Part shown: in pieces, positions 11,871-23,287 of the stretch
How the letters are laid out: every line of letters starts with the position of its first letter
Position numbering within the stretch: the first letter of the stretch is position 1
Assembly (NCBI GenBank): GCA_002104905.1
Contig: MCFE01000547.1
Span: 1 to 59,759, forward strand
Length of the DNA: 59,759 nt
Source of the DNA: Basidiobolus meristosporus CBS 931.73
Lineage: Eukaryota; Fungi; Basidiobolomycota
Reading direction: 5' to 3'
Translations under genes and position numbers: made by a program
Notes under the pieces: generated by a model
What the model was told of the DNA's origin: nothing
The model's database searches: none
What the model saw: the letters and a program-made list of their open reading frames with translations, nothing else

Positions 11871-12908
11871 CTTAGATTGAAACTAGAAGACATCCCTAAG
11901 ACAGCATTCAGGTCCAGCAATGGATATTAGAAGTACTTAGTCATGAATTTTTGCCTCACCTGTGCCCCTAAAACATTTGTGACCTTTTACAAACAATATT
12001 TGAGGTGTACTCAGACAGGTTTTTGGTGGTCCACCTAGATGACATATTGATTTACAGCAAGACACAAGAGGACCACTGAGTGCACATCGCCAAGGTCTTG
12101 AAGAAGCAAAGAGAGAACTAACTATATAGCAAGCTATCAAAATATGAACTTTTGAAGGAACACAGTAGACTTGTTCCATTGTACCATGCCAGGGCACGCA
12201 GTGCTATCTGCAGTTGTAAAGAATGATTGGGCATGATATCATAGCTACTAGAAGGCAGGATTGTTCTTGGACAATTTTGCACAATGTGGGACAATCTCAC
12301 ACACTATGGCACAATCTGACACAATGAGCTTGGCACGGATGATTGCACCAACCTGTAATGTTTGCATCACGTGCGCAATTGGTTACCGCTATTATGGCAG
12401 GTAAATCCGGTATTTGGATATGTTTCTTTAATGTAAATGGAAATAAATGTTTATCACACTATAAACTACACTGATACTTACTATTTTGGTTACCCTCACT
12501 CCAATTGGACGGTATCTCAGTGGTTAATTGGTCCAAAAGTATCCTGAAGCTGGCAGCCCCCAATTGGCTCATTGACTACTAAAAAAGCTACCTGATTTGC
12601 TATCAAATATCCCATTTTGCCCATTGAGCAAGTAAATCCCTGATCCTAGTGATTGGACAAGGTGTCATAGCTAGCACGCAAGCAATCATGTAGGTGCAAA
12701 ACAGATCCAATAGCTGCACTGGTATTACAGATGACATATATATATGCAGGGTGTTTATTTATAGGGGCCCTGTCTCAAATGTGAGACAACCTTGATATTA
12801 CATATATCAAAAATTTGATGATCACTGATTTGCAATGGCTTGATTTGGATTGCAAAAAAAATGGGTTGCCAGGATCATTACAATTGTGAGCAATTCAAAG
12901 CAATTGCA

Positions 12909-14249
12909 TCATCTCCTAGGTTTTTTTCTCACAGGGATTACTACTGAAGCATTTGGTAGTGACTCACTTTGCGCACCTATACTACTTCCTGGCTGACTAT
13001 CATCTTGGCTACTTGTGTATTTGTAGTCAGTATTTTGCCCCCTAGTTGATGAGTGCAATGCTGCAGCTTGGTTGTGCTGAATTGCTCCAACTGAACCAAC
13101 TGAACCAGCCTGTAGTGCCACACGCTGATGCGTTCTTTTACTTGCCAAGGGCTCCGGTGGTTGAGGCACTTCATGTTGGTCATCATCAGTCAGTTCACCA
13201 GAAGTAACTTGCTGATGGTCAGGCAAAATGGCACCTGCAGGCGCACCTTGATGTGTTGAGATGGCCCTTGGCTGAGTTCAATGTGATGCTGCATGTTGAC
13301 GCAACTTGGTTTGCTCCAATGGACTTGTGTCTAAATGAGCAGTTTGGCAAGTTCTTGTAGTTTTGCTCTGAAGCGTGTGTGTTGGGTCAATGCGCGTTGA
13401 CTCAATACAGGGCATTCTGGTAAAGGGTGTTGGCATGGTCTGGACTGACGTGTGCCGGCGTGCTGTGGTTGCAAGAGATGGAAGGGAATCCAGCAAGGCA
13501 TGCTGGTGCAATCTGGACAATGTTGCTTGCGGTCTGTATTCTTCCTCCAGAAGCTCACCATCTGATTCCTCAAGGTATTCACTTACCCTCTGTCTGATAC
13601 TTTGGAGCTGTTGCCTGGATGAGTTCTGTGTATATTGCTCTTGGAAGCCACTTAGCTCTACTAGTATATCATGTAGTACATTAGTCATTTGAGGCACAAA
13701 CTCATTCAAAATCTCTTTGGTTCTCAAAGTTGAGGCAGAAATGGACACATCCAGCCTGTACTGTGCAAATTGCACACAAATTGTTCCCGCATGGCTTCTT
13801 TGTCAAATCCCCTCACTCTCAGCTCATTCTTGTTTTCAATACTTGTCTTATTATATATCTTCTTACATACATTGGCTGGCATCTTGATGTAGAACTCATG
13901 CCACAGCTTATTACTCAAATTCTTCCATCTTTGTCAACTCTCTGAGGTATCTAGTTCTGCTAGATTGATCAGTAGTGCCCAAATATCTGCATGAAGGCTC
14001 ATCATAGATACTTGGGCCATACTAAAATCATTTGGCAAGAACTTGAACGGATCCAACGTCAACTTTTCCAGTCCGGACCACACTTGTGAGCTGGGGGATG
14101 GGTTTTGTCTGGGTTGTACTAATGATGAGTTGAGGCTTGGTATGGGGACCATAGCAACGGATTTGGATACTTATACAGCAGTATATTGGCATCAACCTGG
14201 TCTTATATGAAATATATATGAAGACTAATGTGATTGTTGAATTTTCCAT
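12909..14249 (-). pseudogene. PHIS ORF2, copy 2, disrupted
   Basis: Track ORFs 14028-14249, 13934-14152, 13724-13918, 13278-13775 and 12909-13226; QRWKNLSNKLW; ends PVRKKPRR. Confidence 0.65.
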
Positions 14250-14511
14250 GTATTATGCATGATGCATCTTGGATCTTGTTGACACGGATCAGATCACATC
14301 AATTGCAGATTTCGTATTTGATTATAGACCTATGATTAAAGCATCAATAAAAGTACCAAGGCATTGTTTGCAGATGATTTTTGCTACATAATGATGGGAT
14401 ACATGGCAATTGATGGAGATTTAATCATAATGCATTAAAAATCAGATAAATAACGCAGATTGTGCTGAATTGAGTCAAACCACCTCCATACAATCATCCA
14501 CCAAGTTTAAA

Positions 14512-15395
14512 ATGAATTACTCATCTGAACAGTCTTTTCTCATAAGTCCCATCACTACCACTGGATTTCCTTTTGACACACTAGAGGAGATCTATTCCAA
14601 GTACTGTGGACCATCAACCCCAATCTACTCAAGGAGATCCCTTGTTAAGCTTCTCTGCTATTACAAGAACTATTGCCCCACAAGGTTTCATCCCACCATC
14701 CATGGCAACAAAAGTCCTAGAAGCTTTCATTTCCAGCTGACAGCAATGAAGAACCACCTTGCAGAGTGTATGAATGACTTGGTGCAAGCTTGGAATACTA
14801 GGTTCAAAAGCTCCGATAGACTTCCATGTCCCAGAGTGTTCAGCAACACATTTCATATCAGCAGTGTTTTGGATACCTTCCCAGTGAGGATTAACAGACC
14901 TTTTAGAGGACAGAGGCACTTTTATTCTGGCAAGTACAAGGCACACTGTGTGAAGCTTCAAGTACTGTCTGACATTGATGGTAACATCATCTGGTTTAGT
15001 GGGCCATTTGCTGGAAGTAAGCATGACAAAGCACTCTGGGTAGAGAATCATCCCAAATTCAGTAGAGGGGAGAAATGTATGGCAGACTTAGCCTATATAG
15101 GAGAGGATTATCACAGATTAGAATTTATTACAGCTTATTAGAAGCCAAGGAATGGTGTGCTGAGCAGGAAGCAGAAGCTCTACAGTGAGAAATTTAATCA
15201 TTTTAGAGTGAGGGTAGAGCACACATTTGGATATCTGAAGAGATTCAGCATATTGGCAGGTAAATACAGAGGAAAGTCATATATAGGAGAAAACAGCAGA
15301 ATAGGTAAAGAAGTAGGATACTTATTAATGCACAGTATGCTCATACAAGAAGACATCTACTGAGAGAAATGTGTCTGGAGCATTATGAAGAGTAA
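14512..15395 (+). pseudogene. PHIS DDE transposase, copy 2
   Basis: VLDTFP, MADLAYIG, RVEHTFG; stop at 15139-15141 and a frameshift near 15330 relative to copy 1. Confidence 0.85.
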
Positions 15396-16425
15396 ATAAA
15401 GCAAGGAAAGCACTATTCTGAGCAACATAAGTAAGATTGAGTAAAATTATCAGTAACTGCATCATACCACTGTCATCATGGTAGAAATTATAGTGCCAGA
15501 TAGTACCATAGGGTGCCAGATCAATCCAGCACTATAAACAGGCTGGCACTATGTGGCACTATCCAACAGAACAAGTCTATTAAATGCTTAGGACGCAGTA
15601 ACTATTGCTGGAGTGACCTTGGACTCCAAGAAGGCTGAATTCATCCAGAATCTGAAGCAGCCCATACCATATCAGTACTCAGATCTTCCCTAGGATGGAT
15701 TCATATTATAGAAGGTTTGTCAAGTACTTTGCAAGTAATGAAGCCACTTTAACTCATATCTCAAATTAGACAACACCTTAAAGTGGGACATAGCCTGTGA
15801 GACTACCTTTAGAAGCTCAAGAATGAACTTGATTATAGTATTAGACTTCAGAAAAGAGTTTACTCTATGCACAGATTCTTCCAATTATGTAACTGGTGAA
15901 ATACTGAGCCAAGAGCATGAGGCAAGGACTACCCAGCAGCTTTTTAGTCCAGGAAGCTGAACCCAGCAGAAAAAAACCATCCAGTGAAAGAGAAGGATAT
16001 GCTTGAAGGAGTTAGGTGCACTGTGAAGACTGATCATGCTACACTTAGTTAAATATTACTAAGAAGTCTAGAACAAGTTGCACAGCTCAACCTAGCACAT
16101 GAGTCAGACTGGCTTAACTTACTGCCAACCTACTTTGATGGCCAGGTTGTTCTAAATGAGGTGGCAGAAGAGATCAAAAAGATAATCCTGCATGAAGCCA
16201 ACAGGTATGTGACACAGGATGAAACACTCTACCAAGTTGTAGATGGAAGCCCTTTTGCTTATTGCCCTCATGTTGCTTGCCTGAATTTATTACATAAGCT
16301 ACTATGAAATCCTGAGGAAGTTTGGATGCCCTGTGGAGTTCTTACCAACAATTCTAAACCATCAATATATTGATACCACAAGAAAAGATATACAGGAGAG
16401 CCCTCTCATCTCCAGTATCTAAGAA

Positions 16426-16789
16426 TGTTATGATATACTGCTTGAATATTTAAGTTAGATCAGTTTTTAGTCAAGTCAATTGGTGTTATGTTTAGCCTAT
16501 CAGTATATCAGTGTTATCTATCAAATCAGTTGTATTAGTCCGCAGATAAATCAGCATATCCTTATTGGTCAGTACATATACTAAGTATGACCTACTTGGG
16601 TGATGACATTTCAATCAAGCAAGCCAGCAGCTACAACCTATATTAGGAAAAGCAATTAGTCAGCTATTGCTCTGGCAAAGTATATATAGGGAGCTGCTGG
16701 AACCTCAATAAAACTTGCTTCAAGTTTTAGTGAATACAATACTAGCTAAGATCCCTATTCCACTACAACCCTCATATCAAGACTTGTTG
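16426..16789 (+). repeat. Gypsy-B LTR (3' LTR, diverged)
   Basis: TGTTATGAT... start, preceded by decayed 3' internal sequence. Confidence 0.8.
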
Positions 16790-17149
16790 TACCTTCACTA
16801 GATGATGAATGAATGTGAAAGTAAAATACAAGTGTTCACATTGTCTTGGGATAACAAACATATTAAGTATACCTTTGGAGGTCTTGGGAGCATGTAGGTA
16901 GGTCAGCAGTTTTCTTGACTACATTGGGAATATATATGTCCCAAGTATCTGCTGTTGTAGTGAAATATTTTAAGTCCAAACCAGATACTTGTTCAGTATT
17001 TGCCAGTACCTATTGGTAGATATTTAACTGATTATACCAAGTGCATATCTTGGTGGATAAAAATTTTTTACAATGTGGTATGGTGTCCTAATAACTTCAA
17101 TACCTCTTTGTCATGGGAATCAAAATCTTGCAGAGTATTTTGAGAGGAA

Positions 17150-18760
17150 CATCACAGATACCTTAGAATACCAACGCTGGCCTAAATTCTACTGCTTGCT
17201 AATATCCAGCATAATGCTCATGGAACAGATCAAATTATTTTGCTTAACCTTAAACTCCTGATGTTTCCACAAAATGCCAGCCTTGAGGTTATGGCATGTA
17301 ACACTTTGAGTCCACTGGCATATTAGCCCATACTTCATTATTGAACTCAACAGCTGCACAGATCTTAAATAACTTTTGATTTTCAAGCATTGGTACAAAA
17401 ATCATAGTCTCTCCCTCCCATTCATAAGTACTCTTGTTTGTTGGCTTTATCTTGGAGCTATATTGTTATACTTAAAAGAAGGTATAGTGTTCCTCTGCTC
17501 ATATACTAGAGAAATGGCTGTTTTGGCCTGCATGTCCTTTGCTAGCACTCTGCAGGCAACCTGATGCTTCTTTCCTGCTTGTTTCAAGCCCTCAGCTCAT
17601 GCTGTGATGGGACCTTGAGATAGCCACTGGCTTCTATCACTGCCAGGTCCTCAACTTTGACTTTGATTGAGTGTGTCTTGAGTGGAATTATGCTTTTTTC
17701 TTGAAAAGTTTTGTTCTTGTTCATCTGTGTCCACCTGCTTGTCCCTTATTGGCTCTCTTCCAGCTGGATATTCCCCTCTGTTCCCCAAGTCTACTAGCCA
17801 TTCTGGCCACTATTCACCTGCTGCCAGCCAGGACAACTCACCTCAAGTGTGGCTTGACTGGCTTTGCTCCTAGTACTTGAGAACAGAGCCAATATCTTCT
17901 TAGAAATTTGGCTTGGCTATGACTGGATTCCACCTATTCTTGACTGACAGCATAAACTGATGAGAACAGTAGCTTTTTTCTCATACTTGCCACTCTCTGG
18001 CCTGGGTAGATCTTCTTTCTTTACCTTTACTTTTATCATAGCCAGGCCTTTTACTGCCACCTTGACTGAGTGCCTCTTTTATTTTGCCACATTATCACCT
18101 TGATTAATGTTGCTCTGTTGAATTTGTTTCTGCCATCTTGTCTCAAGCTGGTACTCTCCTGGCAACCTGATGTTTCTTTGCTGCTTGGTAGGAACTATCA
18201 GCCTTGATTGTGGCAGGTTCCTGAGAAAGCCATGGGCTTTTATCACTATCAAGTCCTTCACTGCTATTGTAAGCAAGTGCTTCTTGTATTGCACCCTGTT
18301 TTTGCCTTAGTGAATGCTAAATTGGTGCATATGTCTTTGCCTGCTTATACCTTGCCAGCACTCATTTGGCAACCTGACATTTCTTTGCTGCTTTTACGGC
18401 ACCTTCACCCCTGCTTGTGATAGGCTCCTGAGATAGCCATGGGTTATTATCACTGTCATGTCCCTCATTGCTATTGTGACTGAGTGCTTCTGATATTGAC
18501 CCATGTTTTCACCTTGATAAAAACAGCACTGATTTATCTGTTTCTGCATGTTGGTCACTAACTTGCACTCTTCTGGCCCCCTGACATCTCTTTGTTACTT
18601 GTTTGGAGCTTTCAGCCCTGCCTAGGATGAGCACTTGTGGATGCTGCTAGTTTTTTAACATGATAACCTTGTTCATCAGCCTTCTGTAGTTTAGGCTATT
18701 CTTGAGATACTTTCTTGACTTTGAGGACTTACAACTGCTTCTTACCAGAATTGATCCAGG
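17150..18760 (-). pseudogene. CACTA accessory-gene fragments with three tandem 207-bp units
   Basis: Homologous to 28200-29080 and 50560-51190; GGCAACCTGA-type anchors at 17555, 18161, 18368 and 18575. Confidence 0.7.
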
Positions 18761-18769
18761 ATGCAATTA

Positions 18770-19221
18770 CTATATGAATGGTACAAATGGACAACTGTCA
18801 TGTGGCTGACAACATATGACCCAAACACCATCTTGATACCAACATCTGCTATCAGTTGCATGGCATTTGCACCAGAAATGCCACCATTGCAAGGTGTTCA
18901 ACTGGTCCAGAATGAACCATGATTAGAGGAAAGCGTTGCTCACATGCAAGATATATTCAAGTAATACCTTGCTTGAAGAAGCTTATGTAGTCCAACAAAT
19001 ATTTTAAAGCTACAAAGTATTGTACTCAGTGCCAATTAAGCGTAAACATTTCCAATATAGCTTATGGCAATCATTACAGATAACCAAGCAGCAAGGGATA
19101 CTTTGAAGGTATTTATGACCTTACCTGTGCTTTGGCACTTGATGGATATGCATTAAACAGGTACTCTACCAGCAAATCCTGCTGGCTACTGATTCTCATG
19201 AACCTTAATATGCCACCCAAC
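18770..19221 (+). pseudogene. CACTA/EnSpm transposase fragment
   Basis: ALDGYALNRYSTSKSCWLLILMNLNMPP; homologous to 30560-31000. Confidence 0.75.
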
Positions 19222-20128
19222 TTAATGTTACCCCTCACTTTATGCAAGATTACTAGCAGTAAGTGCTTCTATGTTAGGCAAGTAGCTGTGCCAGTACCCA
19301 TGACACATGATCTACCTGTGTCACCATTACTATCATTTTCATAACATATATGATATCCCTGTGCTGCACAGCTTTTAGGGTACTGATTCCTGATTGGTTG
19401 GATGTGCTGTACCTCTTAGAACCTTCCAGCACCTACTTAGAACATTCTTAGGTCATTCTGATGTCATTAAGATTTCTATTGATTTCTGGAACCTTCTGGA
19501 ACACCATTATTAGTAATCACTTAGCCAGTAAGAAAAGTATATAAGGGAGACTATCCCTCAACAATAAACAATCATCTCTTTTATCAATATACCAACTTGT
19601 TGATCAGTTTGATCACTGCTACCTGCTCCTACCTGAACTTCCATTCCAGACCACAGGACACTCCCAGTAAACTGCACTGACAGCCAACTGACCTTGGAGG
19701 CACTACTTGTGGGGAATACTCAGAGTAGGTATCTTTTATTATATTTGATTCTTTCCAGCGCATGTTCTTGTACAGGCAAAGATGCTTTTCTGTCTTTGTA
19801 ACTATTGACCACAGCTGCATTCATATCAAGTCCCTGCTGGTGAAGTTTACAGTTGTTTGACTTTGGAAGCTTTAGTACATTGTCATCTCAAAGGATGCAG
19901 AACCCAGCATATACTTTTGTTAAGATGTCAACTAAGTTGGGGATTGTAGCTCAATAGTTTTCCCTTGACAAGCTTGGGGCTTTACTTCCATCACATTATA
20001 TTTGAGAGAGAACTTAAGTATACCTAGCAAGCTTTTGCCAGAGGTTATTGAACCCAGTGAACACCCCACACACAAAACACTTGAGAAGTGTTGGACTTAT
20101 CTCTCCACTGGACTTATACAACACCACA
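19222..20128 (+). repeat. LTR-A, 5'-truncated
   Basis: Ends ...CAACACCACA; right flank GCAT then LTR-C sequence. Confidence 0.8.
19484..19501. promoter_or_regulatory. Four-unit heat-shock element in LTR-A
   Basis: TTCtgGAAccTTCtgGAA, about 36 bp upstream of TATATAAG at 19538. Confidence 0.55.
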
Positions 20129-20132
20129 GCAT

Positions 20133-20590
20133 GTTTCCAAGGCAGGGTGGATTTCCAAGGCAAGGCTGTTCATTTGTGACCTGTGTTTATCAGACTGAGG
20201 AATACATAAGGGGGGATAGGACTATAAATACTTTTTGCCAATATGGATGGCAAGAGATATTGGCTAATACTAATGGGGTTCAGGGGTGAGGCACAGTAGG
20301 TGTGCCAAGATAGTATATACAAAAGAACAAACTGGAATATAACATGGAGATATGTCAGGGGTCAGCTGATCATATGACTAGGTCATGTGACTTGTAGGTA
20401 CCATATATGGCATGCAACTACATAAATTCTAATGGGAAGCTTCTATAAAATGTTACATTGTGTGATGTTGACTTGGAGCTTTCAAGAAGTTGACAGAATG
20501 TAGTAGAATTTCCTAGAAGGAACTGGGATTTCTTCACTGACTTGATTTGGCTAGAAAATTAGAGACCAGGGATATCATGTGATCATGACA
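20133..20590 (-). repeat. LTR-C-related LTR, truncated by LTR-A
   Basis: Homologous to ~385-828; ends CATGTGATCATGACA at 20590. Confidence 0.75.
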
Positions 20591-20609
20591 ATTGCTGAGT
20601 GTCCCCTAC

Positions 20610-21470
20610 CCAGAGTACTTCTCATGGGCTCCAATCAATATTTATACACAAATGTGACAATACAAATGCAAGGAGTGGATGAACTGTATATTTGTTTATT
20701 CAAGTGCCTTTCTGAAGCAACTGCTGCAAATAGTATACTGAATGCATTGCAAGTCAAGTGTTGAAATTGAAGGATTTTTATTTAGAAGTGGATCACCAAT
20801 GCAAACCTGATGCATCTAGAGCTTTTATGCACAAAGCTGTTATAGGAGTTGAGCAGCTATACTACCAGCATAAACCTGAGCCTGTAGATCCCTGCTGCTA
20901 CTGTATCCATTCTCTACTCCATCTTACTTGGTGTGCAGAAAATATTAGGCCTTGCTTCACTTTTTGGGAGTCTTCAATGCAGCAGAGGTGTGCACAGATA
21001 GGCAGACAAGTCAAGTTGCAGGTACTGCCATATCCTATTCTCATTAAGAATATTACCTTTAGGACTGTCAAGAATGTGATGAGCTGGCAGATGGTGGACA
21101 GCCAGCAAAAGTTGGAAAATATGGAGGGCAGATGTGAAAATGGAGAAACTTATACCTTTGGCATTAAGAATCTTAGCAGCCCCAATACATGGGTAATCAG
21201 TTAAATAGTACAAATTAGGGATGGGCACAAGTAGCAACTAATTTGTATTAGGGCAACTTTACCATAGTATACCAGGTTTTCCTGGTCACAAACCTATTAC
21301 TACACCATTCCCTATGAAATTAACTTGGTCCAGCAGGTGGATCCAATCCTGATCAGCAGTCTGGATTCAACAAGGAGTTTGCCATAATGCTAGCAGCCTT
21401 GAGCTATTGAGCCACTTTACAATCTTATGACAGGGAAAAAAGTCTACCCAAGCCAGAGACAGTGAAGTGT
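20610..21470 (+). pseudogene. CACTA transposase C-terminal fragment
   Basis: IHSLLHLTW..ENI.PCFTFWE...QRCAQIGRQV...PYPIL resembles the EnSpm H.L.HL...I...GP...W.F..ER motif block. Confidence 0.75.
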
Positions 21471-22205
21471 GAGAAAAGAGGTGCAGTTCTTGCCAATTAA
21501 TGCTCTAAGCCTATAATAGACTGAATCCCATTGTAGCCTAGAAAACTACCAACAAGAAAATGGCTGTTTCCACAAGATTTGGAAGCACTGTAGTGGGGTG
21601 ACAGTGACACCCACTGACAGATGTGCTCATTCCCTTATTTTCTACTTCCCTATATCTCTACTACACTTATTTTAGTTTTATCCCATTTGTCTTACCAAAT
21701 CAGTACTATCCCATAGGCCAGTTGACTATCACACCTGCTTACCTTATTGCATATGTTCCCCTCACTTTATGTAAGATTACTAGCTATAAGTACTTCTATA
21801 TTAGGCAAGTACCTGCGCCAGTACCCATGACACATGATCAACCCATGTCACCATCCCTACCATTTCCATACCATATATGGTATGCCCATGTTACACAGGT
21901 TTCAGAGTACTGATTCCTGATTGGTTGGGTGTGCTGTGCCTCTTCAAACCTTCCAGCACCTACTTAGAACATTCTTAGGTCATTCTGATGTCATTAAGAT
22001 TTCTATTGATCTCCGGAACCTTCTGGAACACCATGATTAGTAATCACTTAGCCAGTGAGAAAAGTATATAAGGGAGGCTATCCCTCTACAACAAATCATC
22101 ATCCCTTTTATCAATATACCAACTTGTTGATTTGTGTGATCACTGCTACCTGCTGCCACCTGAACTTCCAACCCCAGACCACAGGACACTCCCAGGAAAC
22201 CGCGC

Positions 22206-23287
22206 TGTGGTGGTGTACAAGTCCAAAGGGCAAAATACAGCCAACACTTCTCAAGTGTGAATGTGTGTGGGGTGCTCACTGGGTGCGATAACCTCTGGCA
22301 AAAGCTTGCTAGGAATACTGGGTCTTTTGTCTAATCTAATGTGATGGGGGATAAAGCCTCAAGCTTGTCAAGGGAAAACTATTGAACTACAATCCCCAAC
22401 TTAGTTGGCGTCTTAACAAAAGTTTATAATGGCTTTGATGTCCTTTGAGATGACAATGTACTAAAGCTTCCAAAGTCAAAACAACTGTAAACTCCACCAA
22501 CAGGGACTTGATAAGAATGCAGCTTTGACCATTAGTTACAAAGACTGAAAAGTATCTTTGCCTGTACAAGAACAAACTTGGGAAAACAAACAAATATAAT
22601 AAAATATACCTACTCTGAGTATTCCTCACAAGTAGTGCCTCCAAGGTCAGTTGGCTGTCAGCGCGGTTTCCTGGGAGTGTTGTCAGGTCTGAGTCAGAAA
22701 ATAGTGGTAATAGGTAGCGGTGATCTCACTAATCAATAAGTTGGAATATTGGAAGAGGGATGATTTATTTTAAGGGATAGCCTCCCTTATATACTTTTTT
22801 TTTTTGCTGCTCAATTTCTTGCTATAAAATACTTTCCGGAAGTTTCCAGAAGGTAGTAGACAACCAATCATGTCTTTGTGTACTAAAAATAGCGCAAATT
22901 CTTGGCGGATTGCTCCATGAGACATAGTAGCACCTAGCCAATCAGGTAGTAGTAGCATGAAACCTCTGTGTCATGTGGTTGCCTCTTATGGTAGTGAGAT
23001 GGGGGATTATGAAACCAAGATGATCACGTGACATGGGCACTGTTGGGGTACCTGCCTTATAAGGTAACTATCCCATCTCAGCATCTTGGCAAGGAAAAAG
23101 AATAGCTTGTGCAATGGGTTAATAGTGACAAATAGTTTGTCAGGTTGCATAGTAATAATCACAGACAAAAATAGGAAATATTGCAAATTTGGGATGATAA
23201 TAATATAGGCGGGGTAGTCCTTTTTAGGGAAGTGAACGCATAAGGATGAGCACATCTGCCTGTGGGTGTCACTGTGACCCCACTACA
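22206..23287 (-). repeat. LTR-A variant with a different U3-like half, inserted in inverted orientation
   Basis: 1082 bp; TSD GCGC (22202-22205) and GTGC (23288-23291); host GGAAACCGCGC-TGACAGCC is restored on removal. Confidence 0.88.
22834..22851. promoter_or_regulatory. Four-unit heat-shock element in the variant LTR-A
   Basis: TTCcgGAAgtTTCcaGAA, about 40 bp from the reverse-strand TATA at ~22787-22794. Confidence 0.55.

Larger units (their letters stand above)
12167..15578 (+). mobile_element. PHIS (Pangu-like) DNA transposon, copy 2, 3412 bp
   Basis: Same TIRs as copy 1; flanks AGT and ATT; Gypsy-B RT host (AAGGAACAC-ATT-GAATAC) is continuous across it. Confidence 0.88.
11875..16789 (+). 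mobile_element. Old deleted Gypsy-B copy (pol fragments plus 3' LTR), interrupted by PHIS copy 2
   Basis: DIPKTAFR and YGKL.KCEF.KEH fragments at 11875-12166 continue at 15582; 3' LTR at 16426-16789. Confidence 0.75.

Noticed and set aside
17420-18760. Periodic repeats as a CRISPR-like array
   Set aside because: Units are degenerate 207-bp coding repeats without unique spacers; no cas genes; eukaryotic context.
21586-21600. CACTGTAGTGGGG looked like a CACTA/CACTG terminal repeat
   Set aside because: CAC belongs to the GCAC target duplication; other copies start at TGT with different flanks.
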